64,000 nt of DNA from Dicyema japonicum (taxonomy: Eukaryota > Animalia > Dicyemida). Each line of letters opens with the position of its first letter. Within the stretch, counting starts at the first letter, position 1. A program made the position numbers and the translations under genes. Below are positions 25,009 through 37,373 of this stretch, in pieces. The notes under the pieces were generated by a model. It was not told the origin of the DNA. It ran no database searches and saw nothing but the letters and a program-made list of their open reading frames with translations. The stretch covers positions 62,001-126,000 of the forward strand of contig RDEW01000005.1 in the NCBI GenBank assembly GCA_011109175.1, written 5' to 3'.

Positions 25009-25410
25009 CTAACTGTAAAATTGTCCTATTTTTCTTAAAATGTCCTAACTGTACTATTTTGTTTTTAAATGTCCTCTTTATATTATGTTGTTAATAAAAT
25101 GATAAGGACAAAACATTAGTTAGCTGCCGTCCTCACTGCGTGGCTGTTCCCTCTCAGAATTGCGAGCGAAATTCGCTCAAACAGCCACAGCCAAATGTCC
25201 TTGAGCAAAAATAGCCGCGTGGCGCCATGTGGTGTTGCGTGGTTAATTGGTTGAAGTTTTCTGCTTTCTTGTATGTTCCTTTTGTCTCTTCCTATTAGAG
25301 TGGCGTCATGTGATCCACCTGTCTAGGTGACGCCCAGTGCCAGGCCGGCACGAAAAAAGATCATTTGCTCTTTCCCACTCCACTGGAGGGGTTTCCACAA
25401 CTGAAAATGG
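25005..25410. repeat. Composite repeat (AAATGTCCT-motif array, inverted CRE 3' end, SINE D 5' part) duplicated at 28415-28810
   Basis: About 400 bp nearly identical between the two loci, including the same CRE truncation junction aaacagccacagccaaatgtccttgagcaaaaatagccgcg. Confidence 0.9.
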
Positions 25411-25719
25411 CATAATTTTTATGCGGGAATTTCCAAATTTGGAAATTATCGAAACCTCTAAGTGGGGCATTGGATTTTTAATTTAAATCGAATAAAGAAA
25501 ATCAATTGTAATTAATTAACACTATGCAAGCTGAATGCTTCCTCCTCTTTGGGCATTGGCCCTTTGTATCACCCTCACTGTTCCCCTCATATACCACTTG
25601 AGAGAGCAAATCACTAGACAAGACAGCTGTTTCTCTTGGTTCCTCTTCTACGTCATTTCCCAGTTCAGAGCCTCTTGAGATAAGATGATTTGTCACTCTT
25701 GTACCCTCATCATCATAGT

Positions 25720-26110
25720 TATCAACTTTCAGCCCATGTCTATGCTTGATTATCATGCTCTCTAAAGTTTTTAATCGTCATTGATTGGATGTATGCCCTT
25801 TTAGAGACATCCACGTTGAGTCTTTCCATATAGGACTTGTACTACTTTGTTACTACTCCATCCCATGTCAAAACAATCGGAATTATTATCACATTGGTCT
25901 TGTGAATTTGCGCTAGTTCTCCTGTCAGAAGGTCGTATTTGTGGAGTTTTCCACTTCAACATGTTTTAGCAAATCTTGGGAAGTGATCCCTACTTCTATT
26001 AGTATTATTTCGTTTTTGGATTTATTGTGTACGAAAATATCAGGTTTGTTATTTTTAACTTGTATATCCGTTTGTAGTGATGTATCGACTCGTATTTCAA
26101 CTTTACTGTT
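25720..26110 (-). mobile_element. R4/Dong-like non-LTR retrotransposon RLE domain
   Basis: KPDIFVHNK..IILIEVGITSQDLLKHVEVE KLHKYDLL..EL....VIIIPIVLTWDGVVTK. Confidence 0.8.
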
Positions 26111-26339
26111 ATAAAACCAGAGTTAAATTCAATATTTGTCCAATAAAAATATTTATACGTATAAATTAAGCGGGATAAACAGCAAAATTAGATATTGATG
26201 AGGTGACATACTTTTAATTTGGTTTACACAATGAAAATAGTTTAGCATTATTGGCAAATGAAAATGAGTTTCATGTCGGTTTTTATTTATTAAAGGTTTA
26301 CAACATTTGGTAAGCTCTTCACAGTTATAACTAATTAAT

Positions 26340-26640
26340 CCAGGAAGGATCCCAAGAGAGAACACCTGTTTGTGCAGATCAAATCCATCCTTTAATATTA
26401 CATTACAGGCTTCAGAAGAGAGATTGAAGTAGCTCCACCCTTTTCAATTTTCGTCACATGTCATATTGTTGTGGATTTCATTTCATTCTTTTTTTCATAA
26501 TGGTAATCTTCACTAGTGTGGTGGATCAGGAAGAGGATCCCTTTCAACAACTGTGTCGTGTCAGAAGGAGACTTTACCTCAGGGGTGGGATCGGGTTGAT
26601 GAGAAATGACCTTTGCTGAAAAATCCATCTTTCGAATTAA
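26340..26640 (-). mobile_element. SINE family C copy (diverged)
   Basis: Colinear with 48320-48640. Confidence 0.75.
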
Positions 26641-26649
26641 TTAAGTTGA

Positions 26650-28300
26650 AACAGACAAGAAAAGGACAACGGAGTCATCAGACGGACACACAAATAACTC
26701 CATCAAGGAAGAGAATATCTAATTTAATCTAATATATTGATTGATCACATGACACCATTGTAGTAGAACAAGGAAATATAAAGAGAAAAGGAAAGAAAAA
26801 TAAAAATTTGATCAAGTGACAAGTGCGGAAATAACTCCAAGGACCATTATTATCGTCATGAGTCCCTACCACTAACCTACTTGGTATATAAATTAGATAC
26901 ACTTGAAGTTTGAAATTAAAACAATGAATAGAATTTATTCGCATATTTTTATTTACATTTAGTTTAATGTACTTTAATTCAGTCCAATTGTCAGAGTTCC
27001 CTTCCGCCACCTGGATCAACAACTTACGCTGAAAACAATTATTGCGACTGAAATTAAGTATGTAGGCGAAATATATGCCCTTGCCTGAAAATTAACTTAA
27101 TCAGTCAGAATACCAGCTGCTTCGGGCTGCGGACGCACTGGTCTTCCCCGATTGATACAGCATAGTTACTTCCCTTCGCTCTTGGTTTTGCCACAGTGTT
27201 TAGTAAATAAATCTAATAATCTGAGAGATTTTTTTAGAGAATCAGTTTTGGTAGTGTAACAATATATAAAGGGGAAGCTATCATGTAACGGTTTCGTTCC
27301 AAAACACTTGGAATAACTCCTATTCAAAATGAACGCCTTCAAATCGCAACTAAATGTTTTGAGTGATATACCTTAGAGAATCTGTTCAAGAGCAGCCTGA
27401 AATTTATCTCAAATTAAGAAAAAATAATTTTATTTAAAATTTTCACGACTGTTAATCTTCATAAAATAAGAATGACTTTCTGTCAGGAGAATTTGAACTG
27501 AGTCGTTCGAGGACCATCTCAGTAATTCTATTTTTGCTTAAATTTCATATTTAATGCTTACTTAGAGGACGAGTTATCTGAGTTTTCATTATCACCACCT
27601 GAAAAACGACCATCCAGTGAAAAATCCATTCGTGCTGTTCATGCAAAACTTATTTAAATAAAATATGCTTTTCCAAGAAACCGTTCACTTTTTGGTAAAA
27701 TAAAACTAATAAATATTTTTCGAGAATTTAAATGAAATCAGCTCAATGTCTTAATGGGTGTTTAGAAAGATTTCGCTTTGATTTTTAAATCGAAAAACAG
27801 AAGAACTGTCATTATTTGAGTCACAAAAATAAATAAGGCAATTTAATCGTATTTTATCGAAGCATACCTTTCAAGCATCTTCTTCAAGTAAGCCAACCAA
27901 ATGATGAGCATTGATTCCAAAAAAATCCATTCCTCAATATATTCACGTGGGTTATCAATTCCAGTTTCTTTGTTCCATTGAAAAATTTCTATTATCCTGA
28001 AAAGTGCATTATTGACTCAGTTTTTTACTTTGAACGGATCCCAAATATTTCAGACCATTTTCCACTGCAATCTCAGAGCTTGGAAAGAATAGAAGAAAGT
28101 AGGAAGATTATCTAGAATGTTAATTTCCCGTTTTTGTAGAACATCCTCGAATACCTTTATCAAAATTGTGGCAAAATCTCTCATTCTCTGATCGGAGTGG
28201 TACATCAGTTCCTCCATGACTCTTTGATTGAGTCTCGTCCAAAGATAATTTCTCTAACAATTGATAGTTTTTTGTTAATTTTATATAAATTGTCCTAAAA
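26650..28300 (+). CDS. Putative unidentified multi-exon gene
   Basis: Several 21-25 nt GT-AG segments (e.g. gttttgagtgatataccttag, gttaatttcccgtttttgtag). Last-exon-like frame NILEYLYQNCGKISHSLIGVVHQFLHDSLIESRPKIISLTIDSFLLILYKLS*. No homolog recognised. Confidence 0.4.
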
Positions 28301-28616
28301 TGATTTCTTAGATTTGTTATTTTTTGAATAATTTAAAGCCCAGATTAAGTATCTGTGATATTTTGTTTACAGTTAAACGATAAAAATGCAAAATATTAAA
28401 AAATAAAAAAATAATAAAATTGTCCTATTTTTCTTAAAATGTCCTAACTGTACTATTTTGTTTTTAAAATGTCCTCTTTATATTTTTATGTTGTTAATAA
28501 AATGATAAGGACAAAACATTAGTTAGCTGCCGCCCTCACTTCGTGGCTGTTCCCTCTCAGAATTGCGAGCGAAATTCGCTCAAACAGCCACAGCCAAATG
28601 TCCTTGAGCAAAAATA

Positions 28617-28940
28617 GCCGCGTGGCGCCATGTGGTGCTTCGTAGGCTAATTGGTTGAAGTTTCTGTTTTGTTCGTCTGTTTCTCCTCTTTCTTCCTATA
28701 GAGTGGCGTCATATGATCCACCTGTCTAGGTGGCGCCCAGTGCTAGGCTAGCACGAAAAGGGATCATTTGCTCTCCTCCACTCCACTGGAGAGGTTTCCA
28801 CAACTGCAACTATGGACGTCTTTTACCTTTTATGTTGATTCCGGATGCACTCTATTTCTGTAGAAGTGGAAACTGGATACACTTAATTAGTTGTTTACTT
28901 CAACTTCTTTCTCGGTGTATCCGGGGTTAATTAATCAATA
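28617..28940 (+). mobile_element. SINE family D, full-length (~320 bp)
   Basis: tRNA-like head gccgcgtggcgccatgtgg with gttcg 54 nt downstream, and tail ttctttctcggtgtatccggggttaat. Full copies also at 49205-49506 (-) and 62065-62377 (-). Confidence 0.85.
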
Positions 28941-29564
28941 AAATGTCCTATTATTTCTGCCTTAGTTATCAGTAAACGAGTAATCTGTAATCTTTATTGC
29001 AAACTTCGAGGTGGAAATTGCACTTATACAAGAGCCTAAACTTTCCAAGTCTATCCTCACTCTTTGTTTTCCGGGATACTTTTTCCCCAAAAGGATCGGG
29101 TAATGAGATCTGGTGGAGGACTCCTAACAATATCAGGAGCAATATTGTATTCATTGATGTCTCCCATGCTGTGTCTTCCCTCTGTGAAGGGGATGATTTC
29201 TATTGAACTTTCTCTATAAGTGTAGAGACGTTTTATACTCTCAAATGTCTGTATTCCTCGTCGGGGGTTATTTTCGGCAACCTTTACTCCTAACCTATAG
29301 AGACTATGTGGACTCAGAGATCTGAATCTATGTGATAATCCTCACAATCGTGGTGAGTATATCCTGTCTTCCATTGACGACTTGATCATTCTTAGCACCC
29401 CAGAAACTCATATCAGGCTTCCTGTGATCTTCATCAGTAGATTTTATCATCAAATAATTGCTCTGACCATCGAGTACGCTCCTGGACACAAAAGTTTAAA
29501 ATATCAAATCACTCTGACGGAACATCACGTCTCAGATAATCGTTTTCTAGCTTTTAGATGGGGG

Positions 29565-29727
29565 CATAGGAAGAGCCGTCCGGGACAACACGCTGTAGGG
29601 GGTACCAGATCCAAACAATATGAAGAGCCGTCCGGGACAGCACGCTGTAGGGGGTACTAGATCCGAGCCATAGGAAAAAGCCGTCCGGGGCAGCACGCTG
29701 TAGGGAAGTACCAGATCCAAACCATAG
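29565..29727. repeat. GC-rich minisatellite, 3 copies of a ~52-bp unit
   Basis: cataggaagagccgtccgggacarcacgctgtagggggtaccagatccaaa repeated head-to-tail with a few substitutions. Confidence 0.9.
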
Positions 29728-29899
29728 AGTTCACTTTATTAAGTTATACTAAATTTTTTTCTCGATTTTTTCATCATAGTCAAGTTCTACTTCTAGTGAT
29801 AACCATGACAAAACTGAAGACTTTGAGGCACTTGAAACGTACTGTCATAATTTTGTTACTCATCTTCTCTCTCGAAAAAATCGTTGACTGCCTTATACT

Positions 29900-30130
29900 T
29901 TTCCGTACTGGAAGCAGAACTTTTCCAAAAAATGCAAAGGATTTCCTACTTCATTTATTGAGCTTGGATGGGATGTTTTTCCAACTTTGAACACTGCTCA
30001 CAGTTGCTCACAGTATTACTCCCAGTTGGCTACTCAATTGCTAGTTGTGAACGTTTTTTTTCAAAGTTAAAACAGATACAAATATTGAGGTCTTTGATGT
30101 CAGCGCCCATCAAGTTTATCTTTGATCAAC
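29900..30130 (+). mobile_element. hAT transposase C-terminal dimerisation remnant
   Basis: LLPVGYSIASCERFFSKLKQIQILRSLMS matches LPVTxAScERSFSKLKxIKxxLRSxM. Confidence 0.7.
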
Positions 30131-31059
30131 ATTGAAAAGAATTTCCTTGACCAGCGAGGTGAAAGAAGCTGTGATAGAGACTTTGTGACAACAATAGAGC
30201 GATTGGACATGAAAGTGACTTTTTGTTTATTATTTTATAAATTAAATAATAATACATCTCACTCTTACTTGATCTTTTATTTATCCTCATGTATGACAAC
30301 ATAATTCACGATTAAGGTAGTTAAGGGGCATCATTATTATACACTCGTCCCGGGATGCAGAGAGGAGTCCTCGCAGGCCAAGTCCATATCGCCTGGGTGG
30401 ATATCATGCTATTAGGTCGAAGTTTATTTAGGAAGTCTTTTAATATCGGATAACGAGTATCATTAGGGGACGCCACAAGCTGTTTTAAAGAAATCTTATG
30501 AAATATCTATTCTCAGGACGGAAATTTAAGTTTAAGATACAAAGCATCGAACTAACTATGTATCTAGGCTGATTTGAGGTCGACCTTCAATGGGAAATCG
30601 ATTCTGGTTTAAAGATCAGAATTCATACAACGTTATCTCCTATTATCAATGAAGACTTTAAAAAATAATTCAACTCAACCTAATAGGTGATTCCTAACTT
30701 TGAAATAAGTAAGAGAGTCTTCACCGTCGATAACAAAAAAGGGGTTCGACTTACTACCTAGAGCAGACATGTCAAACATTGGACGCTTATCCTCCCGTCA
30801 TTTAAATGAGACCACAAGAGAAAAGCAGTGGATATCTGTCAACGGCTCAAATTGACAGGTTGTGGTTATGAGTTTTTTACGTGGTCAGAAGACGTTCAGA
30901 CGCTTAAACTATTCGCTCACCCTTGTATACGAATGTTCCCAGAACAACGATACTGTCCTAAAAGTGCGTGCTTCCACGTGTGAGCACTGACACTTATGTC
31001 CATAACATGATAATGAAATTGATTGATGGCAATAATTTTTTAAGACAATTATTTAACAA

Positions 31060-31260
31060 AGAAACAAATGTTATTGAGGAAGCCTGCTGCGTGAATCGTG
31101 AATGAGTTCCCTCGGAGTATGGCCATTTCAATCTTTTGTCTCAGCCAGAACCCTTCTCGCTGATCCCTTTTTTTCCTGGCAAGCATTCCTCCGAGTTCAG
31201 TCGCAATAATTTTAACAAATTTTGATAAATTGTATTTCGTGGAATCAGTTATATTGTCTT
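31060..31260 (-). mobile_element. RLE-type non-LTR 3' end (CRE-like subfamily 2)
   Basis: QREGFWLRQKIEMAILRGNS. Confidence 0.7.
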
Positions 31261-31399
31261 TATAAAGCACTCCACAAACTGACCCCATTTAGAATGGCAT
31301 CTTCAGCTAAGAAGAAAAGGAAGAAAGAAGAAGGCGGTGGGGATGCGAGCTCTAAAAAGTTGGGAACTCCTGCATTAAGGAGTTATCGTAGCAGATTAT

Positions 31400-31740
31400 C
31401 AGCATTATGTTCAAAAGCAGCACTTTCAGAGAAGTATACTTCCTTCATCTTTACGATTAATGAAACTCACAAAGAGGTCCAGAGTGATCTACCAAATCAT
31501 AACCTTTCTTTACGTTTATCCACGTGGAAGATAGATTATTTCCATTTTGCTGGTTGACGTCTTTCACATTTTTTGTAAGTTGGACAGACATGTAATTGGT
31601 TTCAGATCTTTAGAGGAATCACAACCTCTTCTTTTGGACAAGATTAGGAGTGTATTCATAATATCTTGGCAATTTCTTAAATTTACGCCTGTGCCAGGGG
31701 AGTATCAAAAGGCAGTCTTAAGGGTTATTTTTTTATAATA
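31400..31740 (-). mobile_element. R2/R4-like RT remnant
   Basis: DLKPITCLSNLQK and a degenerate DxKKxYDxVDH motif on the minus strand. Confidence 0.55.
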
Positions 31741-32122
31741 CATAAAAACTACATCCCTGATAGACACTAATCCCCTATGCTGTTTTTGTTTAATAAAAAA
31801 TTTAATTTTCTTTATTTATCTCAAGCGATAAATTAATTTTTAATCTTTATCGAAAAATAAGCGAAGTGTAACCACCTAGGCTCGGTAACACCCTAGGCTC
31901 GTGACATATTAAGTTGTATTCATTTTCTACGGTAACAAAACAGAGATAACACACCATTTTAAACCCTTACAATTGAGCTTGGGTTTCTTAGATTTTTATT
32001 TTCAAAAGAATCTTATTTTCAACAAAAAAATAATTGATTTAATTATATTTAATTAATATAGTAAATAATAAATTTAATTAAAATTTACACAATTAACAAG
32101 TTAGGTTTGTTGTGGTGCACAA

Positions 32123-33179
32123 ATGGTAAATATAAAGGACGAGGAAACTTACATTAAGGTATATTAAATAAAGTAATTTAAAGGAAATTGGACAGATAAT
32201 ACGACGAGATTACTTTCCAGGACAGGAAATTCCTAATGAATCATCTACCTACATTCATACTCCTGCAGATATAAAAGATACACAAGAAATAACCTCCCTA
32301 ATGACAGATCCAGGCAGTTTTCAGCCAAAAGTCCATAATAAATCAGTCATTGGACTGGACGATTATTTTGCTAATAATCAAAGTGAAGACAACATTGTTT
32401 TCGCGTCGATGGTGGAGAAATCAAACTTAAACAAAGACAGAAATCTGGCTATCCTGCACGTTACTGGAGATGAACTACCAAAAATTACAAACTGTCTCAT
32501 TTTGTTCCCGAAGGGACTGAAATGAACGCTGAAGAAAAGTCTCGTCTTGAAAAATGCAGACAAAGAATAAACAAAAAGGCAACCCGTTTGAGTGCTGAGT
32601 TTCTCAACCTACAAAATCGTCGACTTATGAACATTGAAAGCAGATTTGCCGATAAAACTGTGCTCTCGGGAAGAATTGGTCCTGATGGAAAGGAAATTGC
32701 CATTAATGAAGGAGCCGTACGTGGAGGATATATTCCAACTCCTTCTCCAGTACCAGGTTTTCCGATCTGTTGCTATTTTAGGCGTTGAACAGTCTCCTAT
32801 CTTATGTTGGGGTGAAATTGATGGAACCCCAATGACACTTGCTCAAATGACTCCTGTCAGTCAATTTAAGGTCTTTGTTTGGTCCAACATAGATTCCTGA
32901 TGTACCACAAAGGGATAAAATTGGGTTTGAATTGGCACGAAAGGCCGCTGATGAGAAGAAAAGAAACGTGTACTGAGCTCTATTAACTCGTAAATTGTGT
33001 ATTAATTGATTAGTACAAGAAAAAGTTCTTCAAGGTTTTCGATTGAGTCCTTTTCTCCTGCAGCCAGGAATTTGTTAATGAATAATATGTCATCTAGCTC
33101 TAGTGTGAGGAGACAAACTCCAGTCACTCGTGGAGATTCTTTATTTAGTACTAATAAGAAGGTCTTGAATACTGATTGA
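32123..33179 (+). CDS. ESS2: Splicing factor ESS-2 / DGCR14 homolog
   Basis: DEETYIK|EIGQIIRRDYFP, LDDYFANNQSEDN..FASMVE, LILFPKG, RIGPDGKEI, IPTPSPVP|GVEQSPILCWGEIDGTP, FK|IPD..RDKIGFELA, FSPAARNL. Introns of 22-25 nt; frameshifts near 32520 and 32963. Confidence 0.9.
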
Positions 33180-33834
33180 TTTTAATATTTTTTTCTATTT
33201 TGTTATTTTTTTATTTAATTTAAGATAAACGGCACTTTTCTTGAGAGTACACTTTATTAGAATATAGAATACTTATGATAACTCATCTTAGAAAAGGAGT
33301 CAACGGATGTTCTTACCTTCTTTTGCTGCGTGTGAATTCTTTGTAACGATTCGGTTCCGAGGTGAAGCAGTCACTTATGACGACGTTACTCTTTATAAAA
33401 GCATCGTCGTTTACTTATTAAATGATATGGGCGTTTATTCAAGTTTGTTACGTTTAGTTGAAGTGACTGTAGTAAAATCTCTGATCGGATAAGAATGTTC
33501 TACTTCCTGCCTATTTGTCTTTGCTTAAGTTACTCCTTGATATCTCTGTTTGAATAGGACATATCCTAAGACCGGACTCTGTTGGGGAGACTTGATTTTT
33601 ACGTTTCCAAGTACTCGCTTTTCTCCGGGCGGTGTGCATTGGGGAATAGCTGATATTGGCTCAACGTTTAGTTATTCTCGGGAGTCGAAACTTTGTTGGT
33701 CATTGAAACTATCAATATCGTGTTAGATTGTGTCTCAGGCTCGACATTTGCGAACCTCATATGCGTCGTTATGGGGTCATGGTTGATTAAACAGGTGTCC
33801 ACCCTTTCAAGAAATACTCAGCCCATATAAATTT

Positions 33835-34125
33835 TTTCCATTTCGCTTTCGACCAAATCCTCTGAAGACTGCATTATGAAAACTATTCCGTTAAAGATTG
33901 AAGTGATGTCCGCGACGGTAGGACGTGGGACAAAAATGGAAGAGGGCGGACCTACTTCCCCACCTCTCTTCGGAACCGGAAGCCTGTAATGAATATTGGA
34001 AGATGGATTTGGTCGGCACAAGCAGATGTTTCTCCCTTTGGTTCCTTCCTTGGATTAGTTAGTTATGACTGTTTGTGCTGGGCTTACAATGGTAAACCTG
34101 GGATTAATAATAATAATAATAATTT
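33835..34125 (+). mobile_element. SINE family C, 3' portion with (AAT)n tail
   Basis: Ends gactgtttgtgctgggcttacaatggtaaacctgggattaataataataataat; matches the reverse complement of 48255-48500. Confidence 0.85.
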
Positions 34126-34339
34126 CGCTTTCGAAACCTCTGAGAAAATCAAATGCGACTGATGCAGCATAAGAAAAACCCTTCAAGGTGGGAGAAAGCA
34201 TATTAGAGTGATAATAAACTGAAGCTTTTTCAATATTAATTATTATCTCTAATTCATGAAGTAAACCAACTAAAAGATAATCCACAAATGATGACAGCAA
34301 TACCCTGAGGTTTATTCCGAGAAGCTCTTCAATGTTAAT

Positions 34340-34730
34340 ATTACTTCAGTTTCTCAATAATTATATTTGCGCCGTGTCTGCATGATCCTCGATACTAGTC
34401 TCTCTGAACCTCTCCTGTTCGACGCCAGCCTCTGCAGACAACTGAGGTCTTCACCGTCCCTTACTGTTCTGTTCACTGGTCTAAGGTTACCATTCAGGAC
34501 TTGGAGAAGTTTTTTGCGTGGCTGACCTAGGATCTTTTCCCCAGGTGTTTCGAAGAATTCTTGCATGATGATGTTTACTGTCTTGTCACTCTCCATTCAT
34601 TAAATATTACCAAACAGTTTCCAGTGCGTCTTCTTCAAGGTGTTCAGAGGTCCAGAGGAGATCTTTGTACAATACTTCACTCCTTATACCCAATGGCCTC
34701 TTTAGTCCCAAGAGTGACCGAAGTTGCTTT
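34340..34730 (-). mobile_element. RTE LINE 3' fragment
   Basis: GQPRKKLLQVLNGNL...DLSCLQRLASNRRG is the RTE ORF end. Confidence 0.7.
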
Positions 34731-35049
34731 CTATGAAAAGAGTCGAGTCCCCCATCCATTGGTTTTCGAGTTAAAGTAAAATGTCGTGGTTTTCGAGTTA
34801 AAGTAATTACTCCTAAAAAAAGTAAAATGTCGTAAACTCAACAACGGGAGCCACGGACCAATATTAACCAAGAATTGTTGCTGCACGTATACGGAAAATA
34901 GCAATGCTACCATGTTTTCCACCAATTGCTCTTCACCTTTTGAGGACATGATTATTAAATATAAAAACTAATAATGCTAGGGGACCGCTAAAAAACTTAT
35001 GACCTGTTACAATACTAAATTTTTTACGGTAAGTTATGGCAAATATTGT

Positions 35050-35660
35050 GCTGGTGCGAATCAAAAGATCCACTAACAGACTCAAGGAGACTCTCACTCT
35101 AATGTGTGCGATTTATTTAGAAGTAGCTATGAGGGAACTCCAATCGCAATACCAAGGATAAATAGAAGTGATTTATGCAGATAATGTAACCTAATTTCTG
35201 AAGAAAGAGCGCTCTTGGAACATCCATTTTGAAAAAAAACCCCAGATCTACTTGGGAATAGTTTTTAACTGTAGACAGAGACAAATCAGAATTCACGGAA
35301 ATAATAAGAATGAGTGACACTCTTGAAGAGAGAAAGTGAGGGTATTATTCAAAGAAAAACCTAGGCTAATGGACTATGCATAAAATAGATAATTTATGGC
35401 TTAAACAAAAGGATCAGTATCAAACCACTGTTGTACAACTCGTTTGTCAAAGTATACAACGCTAAGACCTGGACTACCTCAAAAGAAAGAATGGAGAGGC
35501 TCGATTCTTTCCACATGAATCAACTGAGACAAATAACAGAAATGACTGACTAAGATCTTGTGCGAAGCAATCTATAAGAAATGTGGTGTATGCCAATAAG
35601 TCTGGAGATGATGGTGTCTACTCGGAGACTATTCGGGCACATCCTGAGGACTGAGTTGGG
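35050..35660 (+). mobile_element. RTE RT remnant
   Basis: TQGDS, IYADNV, ERLDSFH, RRLFGHILR. Confidence 0.7.
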
Positions 35661-35679
35661 CTTAAGTTTGAGTGTATAT

Positions 35680-36400
35680 TTGAGCTGAAAATCTTTCCAA
35701 TGAGAAGTTTCCTTGAAACTGTGTTGAATCCTTTATTAATGACAACTGAGACCATCATTGTACGCATGTGAGGTGGAGCAACATTAAAACTATCGACAAT
35801 AAATTGTGACAACGTTGTATTGTGGTTGATCTTATAACAAAAAACCGTGCCTGAATCTAGGTTGAGGAAGAGATGCAGTAATAGCAGAGTACTAGTTTTC
35901 ACGTACTTTAAATAGAGTGAAGGTTAGTTTTTTCCAGATTTTGGGGATAATATTGCAGTTTACATACAAGTTAAAAATTCGCATGAGGTCGCCGAAGATA
36001 CTCTGTCAGGGCCGCAAATCCGTTAACTCTTTGATCCAGCAATAACTTCTAAAACCTGCTTTTTCTGATAATAGCTTATGGTATGGTTTCTTCTGGGAGA
36101 ACGCCTTAATATCCAGATGTTTCGAGAATGTTTTTGAAACTGATCACAGCGTGTGTATCTGGAGTAGAATTCCTAATTTAATCTGTTTTAGTGTTCTCAA
36201 GAATTGGTGAGATTGACTTTTTTGTTGAGGAGACTGACCTGGTGTCGCTATCTCACTGGACTTGAGTTCTCATACTCAAGCTGATGATTTCATTAGATTC
36301 TCTGATGACTTCCAAAGAGTTCGAGTCCATCGATCGGAATCGTCTCAAAAGGTTTCCTCAGCTTATGTCGTTGAGTGTACGAGAGTTGGGGTGAGTATAA
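35680..36400 (-). mobile_element. Jockey/I-like LINE RT remnant
   Basis: SQFIVDSFN..PPHMRTMMVSVVINKGFNTVSRKLLIGKI; same family as 55500-55890. Confidence 0.6.
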
Positions 36401-36659
36401 AATTGGGAAAGGAATAAGCAGCCTTTTAAAGTGGCCTCATCTATCAAATGTATTTGTGATGAGGGTCCTCTAACTACTTCTTTGTCTAAAGTTCTTGAAA
36501 CTAATCTATCTTCCTATAGTTATTGAATCTGTTGAGTCTGTCGTGTTCGACTCCATAAAGCAAGTTCTGTTAAAAAGGGGAACATAAGGTTACATCGAGT
36601 TATGCGCTGAATCCATTTGGCCCTTCATCTGGAAAATAAATTTACTGAAAAACATTCGT

Positions 36660-37040
36660 CAAAAGATAGAAAATCTGCGAAATACAGCACTGTAGTACAC
36701 AGAAGCACCAAAGTTTTATAGCTGGGAAACTAAAAGTAATTTTAAAGGAGAGTACGTGAAAGTCCGATTGAAGACTCCAGGATATAAAACAATGTGAAGC
36801 ACTCAGAAGAGTACATGTAATACATCCAAAGAATTATGAGTGCTACCGTCTCAGATTATTGTTCCATCATATAGAAGACCTAGATCATTCCAAGAAATTG
36901 AGTTTATTAGAAGAGGATGGCCACTGGTATCAAGCTATGACCAAGCTTCCTCTCCAAAGAAACTACGTATGCATATCGCAGTTATCATCCCAAACTGCTC
37001 AGTATCAAGTTCAATAGTGGACGAAACCCTGAGGATTATG
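36660..37040 (+). mobile_element. Helitron RepHel fragment (Rep-helicase linker region)
   Basis: Across frames: YTEAPKFYSW, RRVHVIHPKNYECYRLRLLFHH..PRSF, LLEEDGHWYQAM, SSPKKLRMHIAVIIPNC. These match the Helitron motifs RVYTVHP..ECxYLRLLLHHVxGPTSF and GLLEDDxxW...PxxLRxLFAxIL..C. Confidence 0.75.
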
Positions 37041-37074
37041 TAATGCAAGCATCTACAGATACCCTAAAATAAAT

Positions 37075-37300
37075 AAAGTTATTACAAAGACCGGGGGTAA
37101 ATCCAAACTAACTAATTCATTGATCTTGACCTGCTCCAGCAGAACCTTAAACAAAGAACAGTTAACCAGAGGACGTTGTCAAGGGGACTGATGTTGGTTC
37201 CAGAACGTGTCTCCCGGTGGAAAGAATAGTTGGATCCTTTTGAATGTCGGCCAGGCGTTTCCAAACAATGGAGGTATTGGTCCAAGTTCGCCTATCAGCT
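37075..37300 (-). mobile_element. SINE family D2 copy
   Basis: Matches 18540-18712 (gcctggc..cattxaaaggatc..ttctttccaccggg...ttagttagtttgg..accc..ggtc). Confidence 0.7.
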
Positions 37301-37373
37301 ATTATTATGGTGCTAACCACCGTTGCCTCCATTTTAAGTGTGAATAAATAATAAAGAATATCAGATATAAAAG

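Noticed and set aside
29565-29727. CRISPR-like array
   Set aside because: The units are contiguous tandem copies with no unique spacers, and the context is eukaryotic.
30340-30410. Possible HDV-like or hammerhead ribozyme (GC-rich stretch with TCCTCGC)
   Set aside because: The flanks of TCCTCGC cannot form P3, and there is no CTGANGA/GAAA core on either strand.
32968-33013. 44-46 nt intron in ESS2
   Set aside because: A 24-nt intron (32990-33013) plus one missing A in the preceding A-run gives a comparably good protein, so it was not counted in the long-intron class.
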